A DNA stretch of 64,000 nucleotides, from positions 11,408,001 through 11,472,000 of the forward strand of contig OZ059898.1 in the NCBI GenBank assembly GCA_964057225.1, written 5' to 3'. The translations under genes and the position numbers were made by a program. Within the stretch, counting starts at the first letter, position 1, and every line of letters starts with the position of its first letter. Below the pieces are notes generated by a model. That model saw nothing but the letters and a program-made list of their open reading frames with translations. It had not been told where the DNA came from and made no database searches. Positions 37,801 through 51,658 of this stretch are shown here, in pieces. This stretch comes from Auanema rhodensis. Taxonomy: Eukaryota > Animalia > Nematoda.

Positions 37801-40800
37801 ACCTACGCGGGCAGAGCCCAATTGATTTCTAGTCAATCTCCTTAACCACTCGGACATGACTGCTTGTAAAAGGAATATACTTTACAGTTAAAGTGATAGA
37901 CGCAATGATTTCGACAATATAGGAATTAGATCAGAAAGCATCAAAAAATTGATTTCTCATGCAAAATATTCGCAGTCAGCAGGATTCGAACCTACGCGGG
38001 CAGAGCCCAATTGATTTCTAGTCAATCTCCTTAACCACTCGGACATGACTGCTTGTAAAAGGAATATACTTTACAGTTAAAGTGATAGACGCAATGATCT
38101 CGTACTTTTTGGAATAAGATCAAAAGGGATCATAAAATTGATTTCTCATGCAAAATATTCGCAGTCAGCAGGATTCGAACCTACGCGGGCAGAGCCCAAT
38201 TGATTTCTAGTCAATCTCCTTAACCACTCGGACATGACTGCTTGTAAAAGGAATATACTTTACACTTAAAGTGATAGACGCAATGATTTCCTACATATAG
38301 GAATTAGATCAGAAAGCATCAAAAAATTGATTTCTCATGCAAAATATTCGCAGTCAGCAGGATTCGAACCTACGCGGGCAGAGCCCAATTGATTTCTAGT
38401 CAATCTCCTTAACCACTCGGACATGACTGCTTGTAAAAGGAATATACTTTACACTTAAAGTGATAGACGCAATGATTTCCTACATATAGGAATTAGATCA
38501 GAAAGCATCAAAAAATTGATTTCTCATGCAAAATATTCGCAGTCAGCAGGATTCGAACCTACGCGGGCAGAGCCCAATTGATTTCTAGTCAATCTCCTTA
38601 ACCACTCGGACATGACTGCTTGTAAAAGGAATATACTTTACACTTAAAGTGATAGACGCAATGATTTCCTACATATAGGAATTAGATCAGAAAGCATCAT
38701 AAAATTGATTTCTCATGCAAAATATTCGCAGTCAGCAGGATTCGAACCTACGCGGGCAGAGCCCAATTGATTTCTAGTCAATCTCCTTAACCACTCGGAC
38801 ATGACTGCTTGTAAAAGGAATATACTTTACACTTAAAGTGATAGACGCAATGATTTCCTACATATAGGAATTAGATCAGAAAGCATCAAAAAATTGATTT
38901 CTCATGCAAAATATTCGCAGTCAGCAGGATTCGAACCTACGCGGGCAGAGCCCAATTGATTTCTAGTCAATCTCCTTAACCACTCGGACATGACTGCTTG
39001 TAAAAGGAATATACTTTACACTTAAAGTGATAGACGCAATGATTTCCTACATATAGGAATTAGATCAGAAAGCATCAAAAAATTGATTTCTCATGCAAAA
39101 TATTCGCAGTCAGCAGGATTCGAACCTACGCGGGCAGAGCCCAATTGATTTCTAGTCAATCTCCTTAACCACTCGGACATGACTGCTTGTAAAAGGAATA
39201 TACTTTACACTTAAAGTGATAGACGCAATGATTTCCTACATATAGGAATTAGATCAGAAAGCATCAAAAAATTGATTTCTCATGCAAAATATTCGCAGTC
39301 AGCAGGATTCGAACCTACGCGGGCAGAGCCCAATTGATTTCTAGTCAATCTCCTTAACCACTCGGACATGACTGCTTGTAAAAGGAATATACTTTACACT
39401 TAAAGTGATAGACGCAACGATTTCCTACATATAGGAATTAGATCAAAAGGGATCATAAAATTGATTTCTCATGCAAAATATTCGCAGTCAGCAGGATTCG
39501 AACCTACGCGGGCAGAGCCCAATTGATTTCTAGTCAATCTCCTTAACCACTCGGACATGACTGCTTGTAAAAGGAATATACTTTACAGTTAAAGTGATAG
39601 ACGCAATGATCTCGTACTTTTTGGAATAAGATCAAAAGGGATCATAAAATTGATTTCTCATGCAAAATATTCGCAGTCAGCAGGATTCGAACCTACGCGG
39701 GCAGAGCCCAATTGATTTCTAGTCAATCTCCTTAACCACTCGGACATGACTGCTTGTAAAAGGAATATACTTTACAGTTAAAGTGATAGACGCAATGATT
39801 TCGACAATATAGGAATTAGATCAGAAAGCATCAAAAAATTGATTTCTCATGCAAAATATTCGCAGTCAGCAGGATTCGAACCTACGCGGGCAGAGCCCAA
39901 TTGATTTCTAGTCAATCTCCTTAACCACTCGGACATGACTGCTTGTAAAAGTAATATACTTTACAGTTAAAGTGATAGACGCAATGATCTCGTACTTTTT
40001 GGAATAAGATCAAATGGGATCAAAAAATTGATTTCTCATGCAAAATATTCGCAGTCAGCAGGATTCGAACCTACGCGGGCAGAGCCCAATTGATTTCTAG
40101 TCAATCTCCTTAACCACTCGGACATGACTGCTTGTAAAAGTAATATACTTTACAGTTAAAGTGATAGACGCAATGATCTCGTACTTTTTGGAATAAGATC
40201 AAATGGGATTATAAAATTGATTTCTCATGCAAAATATTCGCAGTCAGCAGGATTCGAACCTACGCGGGCAGAGCCCAATTGATTTCTAGTCAATCTCCTT
40301 AACCACTCGGACATGACTGCTTGTAAAAGGAATATACTTTACACTTAAAGTGATAGACGCAATGATTTCGTACATATAGGAATTAGATCAAAAAGCATCA
40401 AAAAAGTGATTTCTCATGCAAAATATTCGCAGTCAGCAGGATTCGAACCTACGCGGGCAGAGCCCAATTGATTTCTAGTCAATCTCCTTAACCACTCGGA
40501 CATGACTGCTTGTAAAAGGAATATACTTTACACTTAAAGTGATAGACGCAATGATTTCGTACATATAGGAATTAGATCAAAAAGCATCAAAAAATTGATT
40601 TCTCATGCAAAATATTCGCAGTCAGCAGGATTCGAACCTACGCGGGCAGAGCCCAATTGATTTCTAGTCAATCTCCTTAACCACTCGGACATGACTGCTT
40701 GTAAAAGGAATATACTTTACAGTTAAAGTGATAGACGCAATGATTTCGTACATATAGGAATTAGATCAGAAGGGATCATAAAATTGATTTCTCATGCAAA

Positions 40801-43800
40801 ATATTCGCACTCAGCAGGATTCGAACCTACGCGGGCAGAGCCCAATTGATTTCTAGTCAATCTCCTTAACCACTCGGACATGACTGCTTGTAAAAGGAAT
40901 ATACTTTACACTTAAAGTGATAGACGCAATGATTTCGTACATATAGGAATTAGATCAGAAAGGATCATAAAATTGATTTCTCATGCAAAATATTCGCAGT
41001 CAGCAGGATTCGAACCTACGCGGGCAGAGCCCAATTGATTTCTAGTCAATCTCCTTAACCACTCGGACATGACTGCTTGTAAAAGGAATATACTTTACAC
41101 TTAAAGTGATAGACGCAATGATTTCGTACATATAGGAATTAGATCAGAAAGGATCATAAAATTGATTTCTCATGCAAAATATTCGCAGTCAGCAGGATTC
41201 GAACCTACGCGGGCAGAGCCCAATTGATTTCTAGTCAATCTCCTTAACCACTCGGACATGACTGCTTGTAAAAGGAATATACTTTACACTTAAAGTGATA
41301 GACGCAATGATTTCCTACATATAGGAATTAGATCAGAAAGCATCAAAAAATTGATTTCTCATGCAAAATATTCGCAGTCAGCAGGATTCGAACCTACGCG
41401 GGCAGAGCCCAATTGATTTCTAGTCAATCTCCTTAACCACACGGACATGACTGCTTGTAAAAGGAATATACTTTACACTTAAAGTGATAGACGCAACGGT
41501 TTCCTACATATAGGAATTAGATCAAAAGGGATCATAAAATTGATTTCTCATGCAAAATATTCGCAGTCAGCAGGATTCGAACCTACGCGGGCAGAGCCCA
41601 ATTGATTTCTAGTCAATCTCCTTAACCACTCGGACATGACTGCTTGTAAAAGGAATATACTTTACAGTTAAAGTGATAGACGCAATGATCTCGTACTTTT
41701 TGGAATAAGATCAAAAGGGATCATAAAATTGATTTCTCATGCAAAATATTCGCAGTCAGCAGGATTCGAACCTACGCGGGCAGAGCCCAATTGATTTCTA
41801 GTCAATCTCCTTAACCACTCGGACATGACTGCATGTATAAGGAATATACTTTACAGTTAAAGTGATAGACGCAATGATCTCGTACTTTTTGGAATAAGAT
41901 CAAATGGGATCAAAAAATTGATTTCTCATGCAAAATATTCGCAGTCAGCAGGATTCGAAGCTACGCGGGCAGAGCCCAATTGATTTCTAGTCAATCTCCT
42001 TAACCACTCGGACATGACTGCTTGTAAAAGGAATATACTTTACACTTAAAGTGATAGACGCAATGATTTCGTACATATAGGAATTAGATCAGAAAGCATC
42101 AAAAAATTGATTTCTCATGCAAAATATTCGCAGTCAGCAGGATTCGAACCTACGCGGGCAGAGCCCAATTGATTTCTAGTCAATCTCCTTAACCACTCGG
42201 ACATGACTGCTTGTAAAAGGAATATACTTTACACTTAAAGTGATAGACGCAATGATTTCGTACATATAGGAATTAGATCAGAAGGGATCATAAAATTGAT
42301 TTCTCATGCAAAATATTCGCAGTCAGCAGGATTCGAACCTACGCGGGCAGAGCCCAATTGATTTCTAGTCAATCTCCTCAACCACTCGGACATGACTGCT
42401 TGTAAAAGGAATATACTTTACAGTTAAAGTGAGAGACGCAATGATCTCGTACTTTTTGGAATAAGATCAAAAGGGATCATAAAATTGATTTCTCATGCAA
42501 AATATTCGCAGTCAGCAGGATTCGAACCTACGCGGGCAGAGCCCAATTGATTTCTAGTCAATCTCCTTAACCACTCGGACATGACTGCTTGTAAAAGTAA
42601 TATACTTTACAGTTAAAGTGATAGACGCAATGATTTCGTACATATAGGAATTAGATCAGAAAGCATCAAAAAATTGATTTCTCATGCAAAATATTCGCAG
42701 TCAGCAGGATTCGAACCTACGCGGGCAGAGCCCAATTGATTTCTAGTCAATCTCCTTAACCACTCGGACATGACTGCTTGTAAAAGGAATATACTTTACA
42801 CTTAAAGTGATAGACGCAATGATTTCGTACATATAGGAATTAGATCAGAAGGGATCATAAAATTGATTTCTCATGCAAAATATTCGCAGTCAGCAGGATT
42901 CGAACCTACGCGGGCAGAGCCCAATTGATTTCTAGTCAATCTCCTTAACCACTCGGACATGACTGCTTGTAAAAGAAATATACTTTACACTTAAAGTGAT
43001 AGACGCAATGATTTCGTACATATAGGAATTAGATCAGAAGGGATCATAAAATTGATTTCTCATGCAAAATATTCGCAGTCAGCAGGATTCGAACCTACGC
43101 GGGCAGAGCCCAATTGATTTCTAGTCAATCTCCTTAACCACTCGGACATGACTGCTTGTAAAAGGAATATACTTTACACTCAAAGTGATAGACGCAATGA
43201 TTTCGTACATATGGGAATTAGATCAGAAAGCATCAAAAAATTGATTTCTCATGCAAAATATTCGCAGTCAGCAGGATTCGAACCTACGCGGGCAGAGCCC
43301 AATTGATTTCTAGTCAATCTCCTTAACCACTCGGACATGACTGCTTGTAGAAGGAATATACTTTACAGTTAAAGTGATAGACGCAATGATCTCGTACTTT
43401 TTGGAATAAGATCGAAAGGGATCAAAAAATTGATTTCTCATGCAAAATATTCGCAGTCAGCAGGATTCGAACCTACGCGGGCAGAGCCCAATTGATTTCT
43501 AGTCAATCTCCTTAACCACTCGGACATGACTGCTTGTAAAAGTAATATACTTTACAGTTAAAGTGATAGACGCAATGATCTCGTACTTTTTGGAATAAGA
43601 TCAAATGGGATCAAAAAATTGATTTCTCATGCTAAATATTCGCAGTCAGCAGGATTCGCACCTACACGGGCAGAACCCAATTGATTTCTAGTCAATCTCC
43701 TTAACCACTCGGACATGACTGCTTGTAGAAGGAATATACTTTACAGTTAAAGTGATAGACGCAATGATCTCGTACTTATTAGAATTAGATCAAAAGGGAT

Positions 43801-43810
43801 CAAAAATTTG
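31855..43810 (-). tRNA. tRNA-Ser(AGA) array segment 3: 63 copies, a few with damaging variants
   Basis: First gene at 31923-32004, last ends at 43722; 189-bp period. Confidence 0.96.
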
Positions 43811-46800
43811 CGTTCCGTTATGCTCCTACGTCGATAATATAAACCATTGTAGTTTATACTATGACGCGCATAGTATTCCTTGGTGTAGCGGTAAGGAATA
43901 AAGAGCATAAGGTCAATCATAAGATAAGAGAAAGAAAGGTTTATTGACGTTAAACTTCAACAATAATATACAAAGATAAAGATACAATACAATAAGATAA
44001 ATATATAAATAAAGTCTAAACTATAAGCCGTCCATGAGCTTGCTAAGAGGCGAACTCTCGACCAAGGGAACGAGGGAAGGCAGAGCCATTCCTCGGTCCT
44101 CTGGTCGTTTGGCTCTACCCCTTCAGCTACATATATGGGGAGTCCGAATGGAACGTGCCCTTTTTCAAAGATTTTTTGCGTCCGCGCGATATAAAGAGTT
44201 TTTCAGTGTATATGTAGCTGAGTTTTAGAGTGTAGGACTTTACAAAAAAAAATTAAAAGTTTCAAAATCTACATGTGGAAAGATATTTAAATAGTTTTTT
44301 AATAAGTTTCTTTATGGTATTAAGATAAAATTTGAATACAATAATAGGTTTTACGATATTTTGTAACGGAGGATTAGAAAATAATTTTACTCATTATAGT
44401 ACTGTAATAAAAGAATGGTTTTATGAGTGTTTTTTATGTGAGATAATAAGGGATTATTCAACATTTTGCGTGCATGGTTACTCGTATCCTAATGATGATG
44501 GGAATAAAGATTTTTAGTTAATAATCTATTAGTCTCCATATGTATCTCTGAATGAATCCTTGAGTACTAATGGAGGCTACCACTCAGATGAGGTGTGGCT
44601 TAGGCGCCTGCCAGTATTCGTCTCTTCTTGGAGATACATATGGAGCTCAATTTAGTGCAATAGACTATCTCTATCATCGTAAAGGACTACGGTAGCTTAT
44701 TATTTATATTATATTTACACTTATTCCTTATTTTTGGTTGTTCATTCTCTCAATCTCTCATCAAAAATTTTCTAATTCACCGTTACTTTCATTTTACAAT
44801 TTACAGAAAAGAAAAGAATGTATATAAAGTTTTTTCTGTCGTCAGCTATGATGAAGTCCGGATCTTCGTAGGTGTCGTCAGAAGGTGAATATGTGCCTTC
44901 TCGGGGAGTATAAAGCTTGTCGACTTGCGGCTTTGGCTTCTCGGCTGCTTGGTGCCGTTTTTCTATGTGAACACTGAGAAGTTGGGTACGGCTTCTGGTA
45001 CTACTTGCGACAGTATTGTCACTGTTAGTATCGGACGGGTAAAAGGCTAAGAATGTCTATGAGAATCTTTTGGCCACCTTTGTAGGACTCTTGGTTTGGA
45101 AAAACCGAGAATGGTGCGCTACGTGTGGGATGTTTACGAAAGGTGCATAAGATTCTTTTAGATGTGGGTGAGGGAGAGAGAGAGATTCAGGAGCAAAAGA
45201 ACAGTCGTGCTTCGCTGAGCGAAGCGGAGGGTAAATTCGAAGGAGTTTTTCAAATCCTGGCCAGCAATCTGACTCCGCCCATCTACCGTAAGCTTATTAT
45301 AGTTAATGATGTTTATCTCTTCTCTAAAACTATTTTTATCCACTCTTGCACTTTCCTCCAATTTTTTTTTACTGCGCTAGAATCTTTGAAAGCTTTTATT
45401 CATTTCGTACCCTTTGAACTTTTGCGACCGTTGAACATTTATTTTAGGTTTTAAACTCGGTTGCAAATCAAATACGGATATTGACTGAACAAAGCTTGTA
45501 CTCTCTGTTTTTTTCGCGCACTTTGCTCTGTTGTCGTCAAGAAAATGGCCTTTCGTGTTTTTCAATCTTGTCCTCATTCCTTTTTCCTTAAATAGCATGT
45601 TTTGCTCAAAATGTTTTCAACATTGTGCATGCTAATGAGGTTTGAGGAGAGTTATTGAAAAGGCTGTCTTTTTTCTTGATCAAAAAAAAAATAAGCCAAA
45701 GTGCGTTTTCCCAAACGAATTTCTTTTTGAGAATGAGAAAAATACGTCTATTTTTAAACATTTCCAAATTACTTAGGATTACTGTAAGAGATAAGGGGTA
45801 TCTTATGAATTGAAACAACGAAATGATTTGAGGAAGGTGACATAATCTACGGGGATAAAATCCGTAGCAGTTATGCTTCCGCCAACTTGACCTGACTGTC
45901 AATTAAGAGCTGAGAAGTCTTATTGCAGATTTACCAGGCTTTTTCGGACTAGTGTGGTCTCTTTTTATATTCAATTTATGTAACCGTTTTTGGTTTCCCG
46001 CAAAATAATATGTAAAATGATCTTTTACGTCTGAATATAATAATATTTCAAAATTCTAGTCCTGACCACAAAATATACAAAATATAATCAATTGCGCGCG
46101 TCTTATAAATTTTACTTTCAATAATCAAACTTCTCTATGCCCAAAAAAAAAATGTGAACAAGTATAATTTCTCGTTTGGTGAAATTGTCCTCTATTTCAA
46201 TCCAAACGTCCTCAAAATGGCATGAGAAGCGGTACAAGATACAATATAGAAAAGGGTGGACATTCAGACGGTTTTAAATTGAGGACGGCGGGCAAAAATT
46301 TTGTTGGTCCTATCTCGCATTTCAGCGAGATACCTTGTATCTGTACCTTAAAACAAATTGGCGCCTTCATTTTGTTGTTTCAAGTAAAAGAATTTATAAT
46401 TTAAAATGCAAAAATGGACTTTTACAATAAAAAAAATTTTTGTTCAAAAGATGAGTTCGAGGTGGAACCTCCTCGTTCCGTTATGCTCCTGCGTCCATAA
46501 TATAAACCATTGTAGTTTATACTATGACGCGAATAGTATTCCTTGGTGTAGCGGTAGGAATAGAGAGCATAAGGTCAATCATAAGATAAGAGAAAGAAAG
46601 GTTTATTGACGTTAAATTTCAACAATAATATACAAAGATAAAGATACAATACAATAAGATAAATATATAAATAAAGACTAAACTATAAGCCGTCCATGAG
46701 CTTGCTAAGAGGCGAACTCTCGACCAAGGGAACGAGGGAAGGCAGAGCCATTTCTCGGTCCTCTGGTCGTCTGGCTCTAATCCTTCAGCTACATATATGG

Positions 46801-46817
46801 GGAGTCTGAATGGAACC
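43811..46817 (-). mobile_element. Non-autonomous LTR element (element 3, ~3.0 kb), third subfamily, older
   Basis: LTRs at 46474-46817 (5') and 43811-44155 (3') with multiple mismatches. PBS (A)GGAGGTTCCACCTCGAACTC, PPT GAAAAAGGGCA, TSD ATTG/TTTG. Gag N-terminal remnant at about 44830-45135 (HSRFFQTKS..PREGTYSP) with an internal stop. Confidence 0.93.
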
Positions 46818-46840
46818 ATTGATTTCTCATGCAAAATATT

Positions 46841-46922
46841 CGCAGTCAACAGGATTCGCACCTACACGGGCAGAACCCAATTGATTTCTAGTCAATCTCC
46901 TTAACCACTCGGACATGACTGC
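46841..46922 (-). pseudogene. Degenerate tRNA-Ser copy between element 3 and the solo LTR
   Basis: B-box and variable-arm mutations (GGATTCGCACCTACACGGGCAGAACCC), shared with the copy at 43641-43722. Confidence 0.85.
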
Positions 46923-47010
46923 TTGTAGAAAGAATATACTTTACAGTTAAAGTGATAGACGCAATGATCTCGTACTTATTGGAATTAGATCAAAAGGGAT
47001 CAAAAAATTG

Positions 47011-47354
47011 CGTTCCGTTATGCTCCTGCGTCGATAATATAAACCATTGTAGTTTATACTATGACGCGAATAGTATTCCTTGGTGTAGCGGTAGGAATAG
47101 AGAGCATAAGGTCAATCATAAGATAAGAGAAAGAAAGGTTTATTGACGTTAAATTTCAACAATAATATACAAAGATAAAGATACAATACAATAAGATAAA
47201 TATATAAATAAAGACTAAACTACAAGCCGTCCATGAGCTTGCTAAGAGGCGAACTCCCGACCAAGGGAGCGAGGGAAGGCAGAGCCATTCCTCGGTCCTC
47301 TGGTCGTCTGGCTCTAATCCTTCAGCTACATATATGGGGAGTCCGAATGGAACG
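47011..47354 (-). mobile_element. Solo LTR of the element 3 subfamily
   Basis: 344 bp, CGTTCC...GGAACG, flanked by ATTG on both sides. Confidence 0.95.
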
Positions 47355-47377
47355 ATTGATTTCTCATGCAAAATATT

Positions 47378-47435
47378 CGCAGTCAGCAGGATTCGAGCCT
47401 ACGCGGGCAGAGCCCAATTGATTTCTAGTCAATCT
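47378..47435 (-). pseudogene. Truncated terminal tRNA-Ser copy marking the end of the array
   Basis: Only the 3' ~58 nt are present; the D-arm and 5' acceptor strand are missing. Confidence 0.85.
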
Positions 47436-47794
47436 ATATGGGGTTTAATTGTTCTTTATTTTACGGATCATTTTTAAAAGATGCTGTACCGCTAAGATGT
47501 TCCGTGCACCGAATGGAGAATATCAAAAGCACATTCGGCAAGGACGATGATGCTGAGAGAAAGGAACACATCCTCCATAAAATATTTGGGAGAAAAAAAA
47601 AGGTATACTTGATATTGTTTTTGAACACTATTTTTATGTTTTAAGAATATGGAAAAATCATGAGGAAAGGGGCTCTATCATTACTAAACCGTGATGAATA
47701 TGAAAGGAAAATTCATAGGATGATTTAGATTTCGATTTTTCTTACAATATCTTTTTAAAACTTATACTTTTAAATTTTCATCAATCATTTCATT

Positions 47795-48733
47795 CCTGAT
47801 AGAAACGGCGGGTGCTCGACCACCTGGGTTAGAAGATAAGGTTCCAACATGTTGTAAGAACCGGGAAAAGAAAAATGTATGCGTTCGGGGGGAATCGAAC
47901 CCCCTTCGAATGCTTGGAAGGCATCCACGCTGACCATTACACCACGAACGCTACGATGGATTGTGAACTATTAGATTAGATGAGTTGACTCATCTTTGAC
48001 TTCATAGATAATTATGCATGAAAAGCAGTAACATATTTTTTTAAACGTTTCACATCAAAAATTCAAAAATGGACAAGCTAAAGTACTTTCAAAATCTTTG
48101 CAACATATTGCAAAACGTTAAATCATTCACAAAAAATTGAAAATCTATGCGTTCGGGGGGAATCGAACCCCCGTCGAATGCTTGGAAGGCATCCATGCTG
48201 ACCATTACACCACGAACGCTACGGATTTGGAGATACCCAATCCTGATAGAAACGGCGGGTACTCGACCACTGGGGTTAGAAGATAAGGTTCCAACATGTT
48301 GTAAGAACCAGGAAAAGGAAAATGTATGCGTTCGGGGGGAATCGAACCCCCGTCGAATGCTTGGAAGGCATCCATGCTGACCATTACACCACGAACGCTA
48401 CGGATTCAGAGATACCCAATCCTGATAGAAACGGCGGGTACTCGACCACTGGGGTTAGAAGATAAGGTTCCAACATGTTGTAAGAACCAGGAAAAGGAAA
48501 ACGTATGCGTTCAGGGGGAATCGAACCCCCGTCGAATGCTTGGAAGGCATCCATGCTGACCATTACACCACGAACGCTACGGATTCAGAGATACCCAATC
48601 CTGATAGAAACGGCGGGTACTCGACCACTGGGGTTAGAAGATAAGGTTCCAACATGTTGGAAGAACCGGGAAAAGGAAAACGTATGCGTTCGGGGGGAAT
48701 CGAACTCCCGTCGAATGCTTGGAAGGCATCCAT
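47795..48733 (-). tRNA. tRNA-Gly(TCC) cluster 1: genes at 47880, 48148, 48327 and 48506 plus a truncated copy at 48685; 179-bp unit
   Basis: Minus-strand GCGTTCGTGGTGTAATGGTCAGCATGGATGCCTTCCAAGCATTCGACGGGGGTTCGATTCCCCCCGAACGCA (72 nt, TCC anticodon). Copies 1 and 4 carry point mutations. Confidence 0.95.
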
Positions 48734-49590
48734 TCGTAGTTATCAATAAACTCAAATTTTGGTTAAACAAATTTGCAACCGTCAGCAGGAGAGCCGACAT
48801 AGTATTCCTAAAATTTATATATAATAGTTCAGAATTAGTCAAATAGGTTTGTAAAGCCATGAGTTCGATTAGTATGGATTTCAAAAAAAAACAATACTAT
48901 CTAAAAGGCAAAGATAAAATTATTTATAATTTCAAATATTTCTGAGAATATTTGATTAAGAAATATAATGACTTTGATCAAAATAGTGGATTACGAGATG
49001 ATTTCAACAATTATTTTGATTACAACTTTTAAAACTCAGTTTAACAATTGTTCAAGGTGAATTTTGTTCGTAAAGTTCTAAAGATAGATAAATTATCTAA
49101 ATATTAATGTTTTTTTATTGATTAATATGATCTTCTCAATGTTATTCCCTCACAAGCTTGAGTAAATCTTCAAATCTTTCCTTTATTTTTATTTTTATTT
49201 TGTTTATTTCATACAAAAAATGAAAAAGGCCAAGGTTGAGACAGAAAGGACATATCTATTCTATTATTTTTGATAACGAAATTCAATCTAGTGAAGCAGC
49301 TACATTTTTTTCATTTATTTTTATTTCAAATGATTTTGTAAAAATGAATGAGAGAAAATCATATAAATATACCAAGAAATTTGTCTATTCTATTATTTTT
49401 GACTAGTGAAGCAGCTAAATTTTTTTCATTTATTTTTATTTCAAATGAATTTGTAGAAATGAATGAGAGAAAATCATATAAAAATATACAAAGAAATTTG
49501 TCCCCACAAAGCCACATATTTTGACTTGATTTATAAGTTTTTATTATTTTTTTTTCAATTTAAAGAAATCGAACAGAAGAAATATTACAA

Positions 49591-50966
49591 ATGTTTGCTG
49601 TTGATTTTCTAAATACACATAGTGTACCTGATAATTCATTTTATATATTATGTCATAATATAATTACATTAGTAAATACATTTACTATATGTTTATTTAT
49701 ATTTGTTTGTATGAAAACACCTAAAACTCATGAACAGCCACGATATACTATATCTATATATGGTCAACAGGTAAATCCTATTATTATTCAAATTAATTTT
49801 TTTTTCATTTCAAGGCCTCTTTGTATGCTTTAGCATTGGATTGGTCATTTTTTGGAAAATTTTATCCTGAACATACTTATGGAATAACTTATTGTGAAGG
49901 ATATTTCTATTTAATTGGAGCTAATTGTCGTCATTGTTATTGTTTTTTTTGTATTTCTCTTGGTTTATCCCAAGTTTTCCTCGTTGCATCATTTTTTTAT
50001 CGAGTGCAAGTTGTATCAGGCATTGATCATATATTGAACGTCAGTCAAATCCATATTCCGTTTCATTACCAATCATGAAAATAAGAACTTTTTCAGAAAA
50101 AATACAGTATAACTATTGTTTTTACCTTGTATTTTCTCTATGATGTGCTAACACCAAGTCTTTTTCATTTTTTCATATATGACGAAAACGCAAAATTAGA
50201 AGAAATGAATGCTAATGTTTGAACACCTATGGTTACTTAAAATCAACAAGAATTAATTTAAGATCTCTCAATTGCAACTTGATTATTTTATAGAAAGAAA
50301 ATTTTTTAAACTTAATCCTTCACGTTTTTTAGAATTATATTCTTCTAATTTTTATTCAGCTCAATATTTGACTATATTGGTTAGTTAAAATAATTTTAAA
50401 ATATTTTAATTTGAACTCTAGACAGTAACCATGTGCACTCTTCTCATAATACGTTCAATACGCAGAAAACAATCTATCAGTTCGACGACATCAATTAATC
50501 ATCAAATCAGAGTTTTAAAATCTTTAGTTTGTCAGGTAGATATATGGAAGTTTTCAAAAAAAATAATATTCTCAGTCTTTAATAACATTAATTTGGTTTA
50601 TTTTTCGTCGGTGGGCCAATAATTTGAATTATGATGGAACAAATAGACGTGAATCTAATTATTTTTGAAAAAAATTGTTTAATTTCAAATGTTTCAGGTT
50701 CTTACGAGGTTTTAATGTATTTATTAGGTCTTTGCACCAGTTGCTACACCATTGCTTATTTACTCCTTAATACAAATCATCGAAATGTGATAATTTCAAT
50801 ATTAACTATTAAAAATAAACTTCCCAGAATTCAGTAAAATTTCTATTTTTTAGTTTTTAAGAAAAATTGTTTTTGTTTTGCAGGTCAACAACAATTTAGT
50901 CCAAAAGTTTTAGCAACTCATGATCCTCTAATTATTATTTCAATTTCTGTTTCCATATTAAAGTGA
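49591..50966 (+). CDS. Nematode serpentine 7TM chemoreceptor (Str/Srd/Srh-like), copy 1, multi-exon; 3' end approximate
   Basis: Hydrophobic exons with short GT..AG introns. Motifs MKTP, YCEG, FFYR, S.TT..HQ.R.LKSL.CQ and YLLLN..HR. Confidence 0.75.
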
Positions 50967-51360
50967 TATATGAAGAATCAATAGTTATCAATGCAATATT
51001 ATTATTTTTTTATAAAAATGTATACTATTCTTCATAATTTACTAAATAATATCTTGATGATATTCACTCATATAATGAAATATTGAAAATCTTCCACATC
51101 TGCTGATAGGTAATAGAGGTGATTGATCGTATATGAAAAAGTATGTGAAATATTTTACAACTTAAGAAAAACGAACAGAAGAAAAAGATAATTCTTCAAG
51201 TCCTCTATAACTAAAACATGATTATAAATACAAAAATTCAGTAAAAATAAACTAAAAACTCTATTTCTTCAGATGTCTCTGTGTATCTTGGCTCATGCTT
51301 TTTGAAATATTTTAATTTATGAAAGTGATTGTTTAACTGTTGAGCAACTATGATCTATTG

Positions 51361-51658
51361 TTTAAAAGGCTCGCCTTTACATTAGTCTCCTCCCCTCTCC
51401 CACCAATTGAAATAGCTTACAGTAATTAAAAGGTGATGGTCATATTCTTTATCAATCACATGATATATCTTAATAATCGTTGATAATAGTAAAAAATCAA
51501 TTTTACATATCCGTGGATATATATTTATTCTGAGATTTGAGCATCTCTTCTAATTATTGATAATAATTTGTTTTTTTTAATTAGTTTTCATAATTTAAGT
51601 TTTTTTCGTCTAAAGTGGGGGGTGGGGAGAGGGAGTAATGTAAAGAGAAATCGTTTAA
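51361..51658. mobile_element. Degenerate MITE-like element
   Basis: Imperfect terminal inverted repeats: TTAAA..CTTTACATTA..CTCCCC..CCCAC versus GTGGG..GGGGAG..TAATGTAAAG..TTTAA. Confidence 0.4.

Noticed and set aside
47011-47354. Solo LTR as an independent insertion proving site specificity
   Set aside because: It shares flanking mutations with element 3, which indicates duplication.
1-47435. CRISPR-like repeat-spacer array
   Set aside because: The repeats are complete tRNA genes, the spacers are near-identical, the context is eukaryotic and no cas genes are present.
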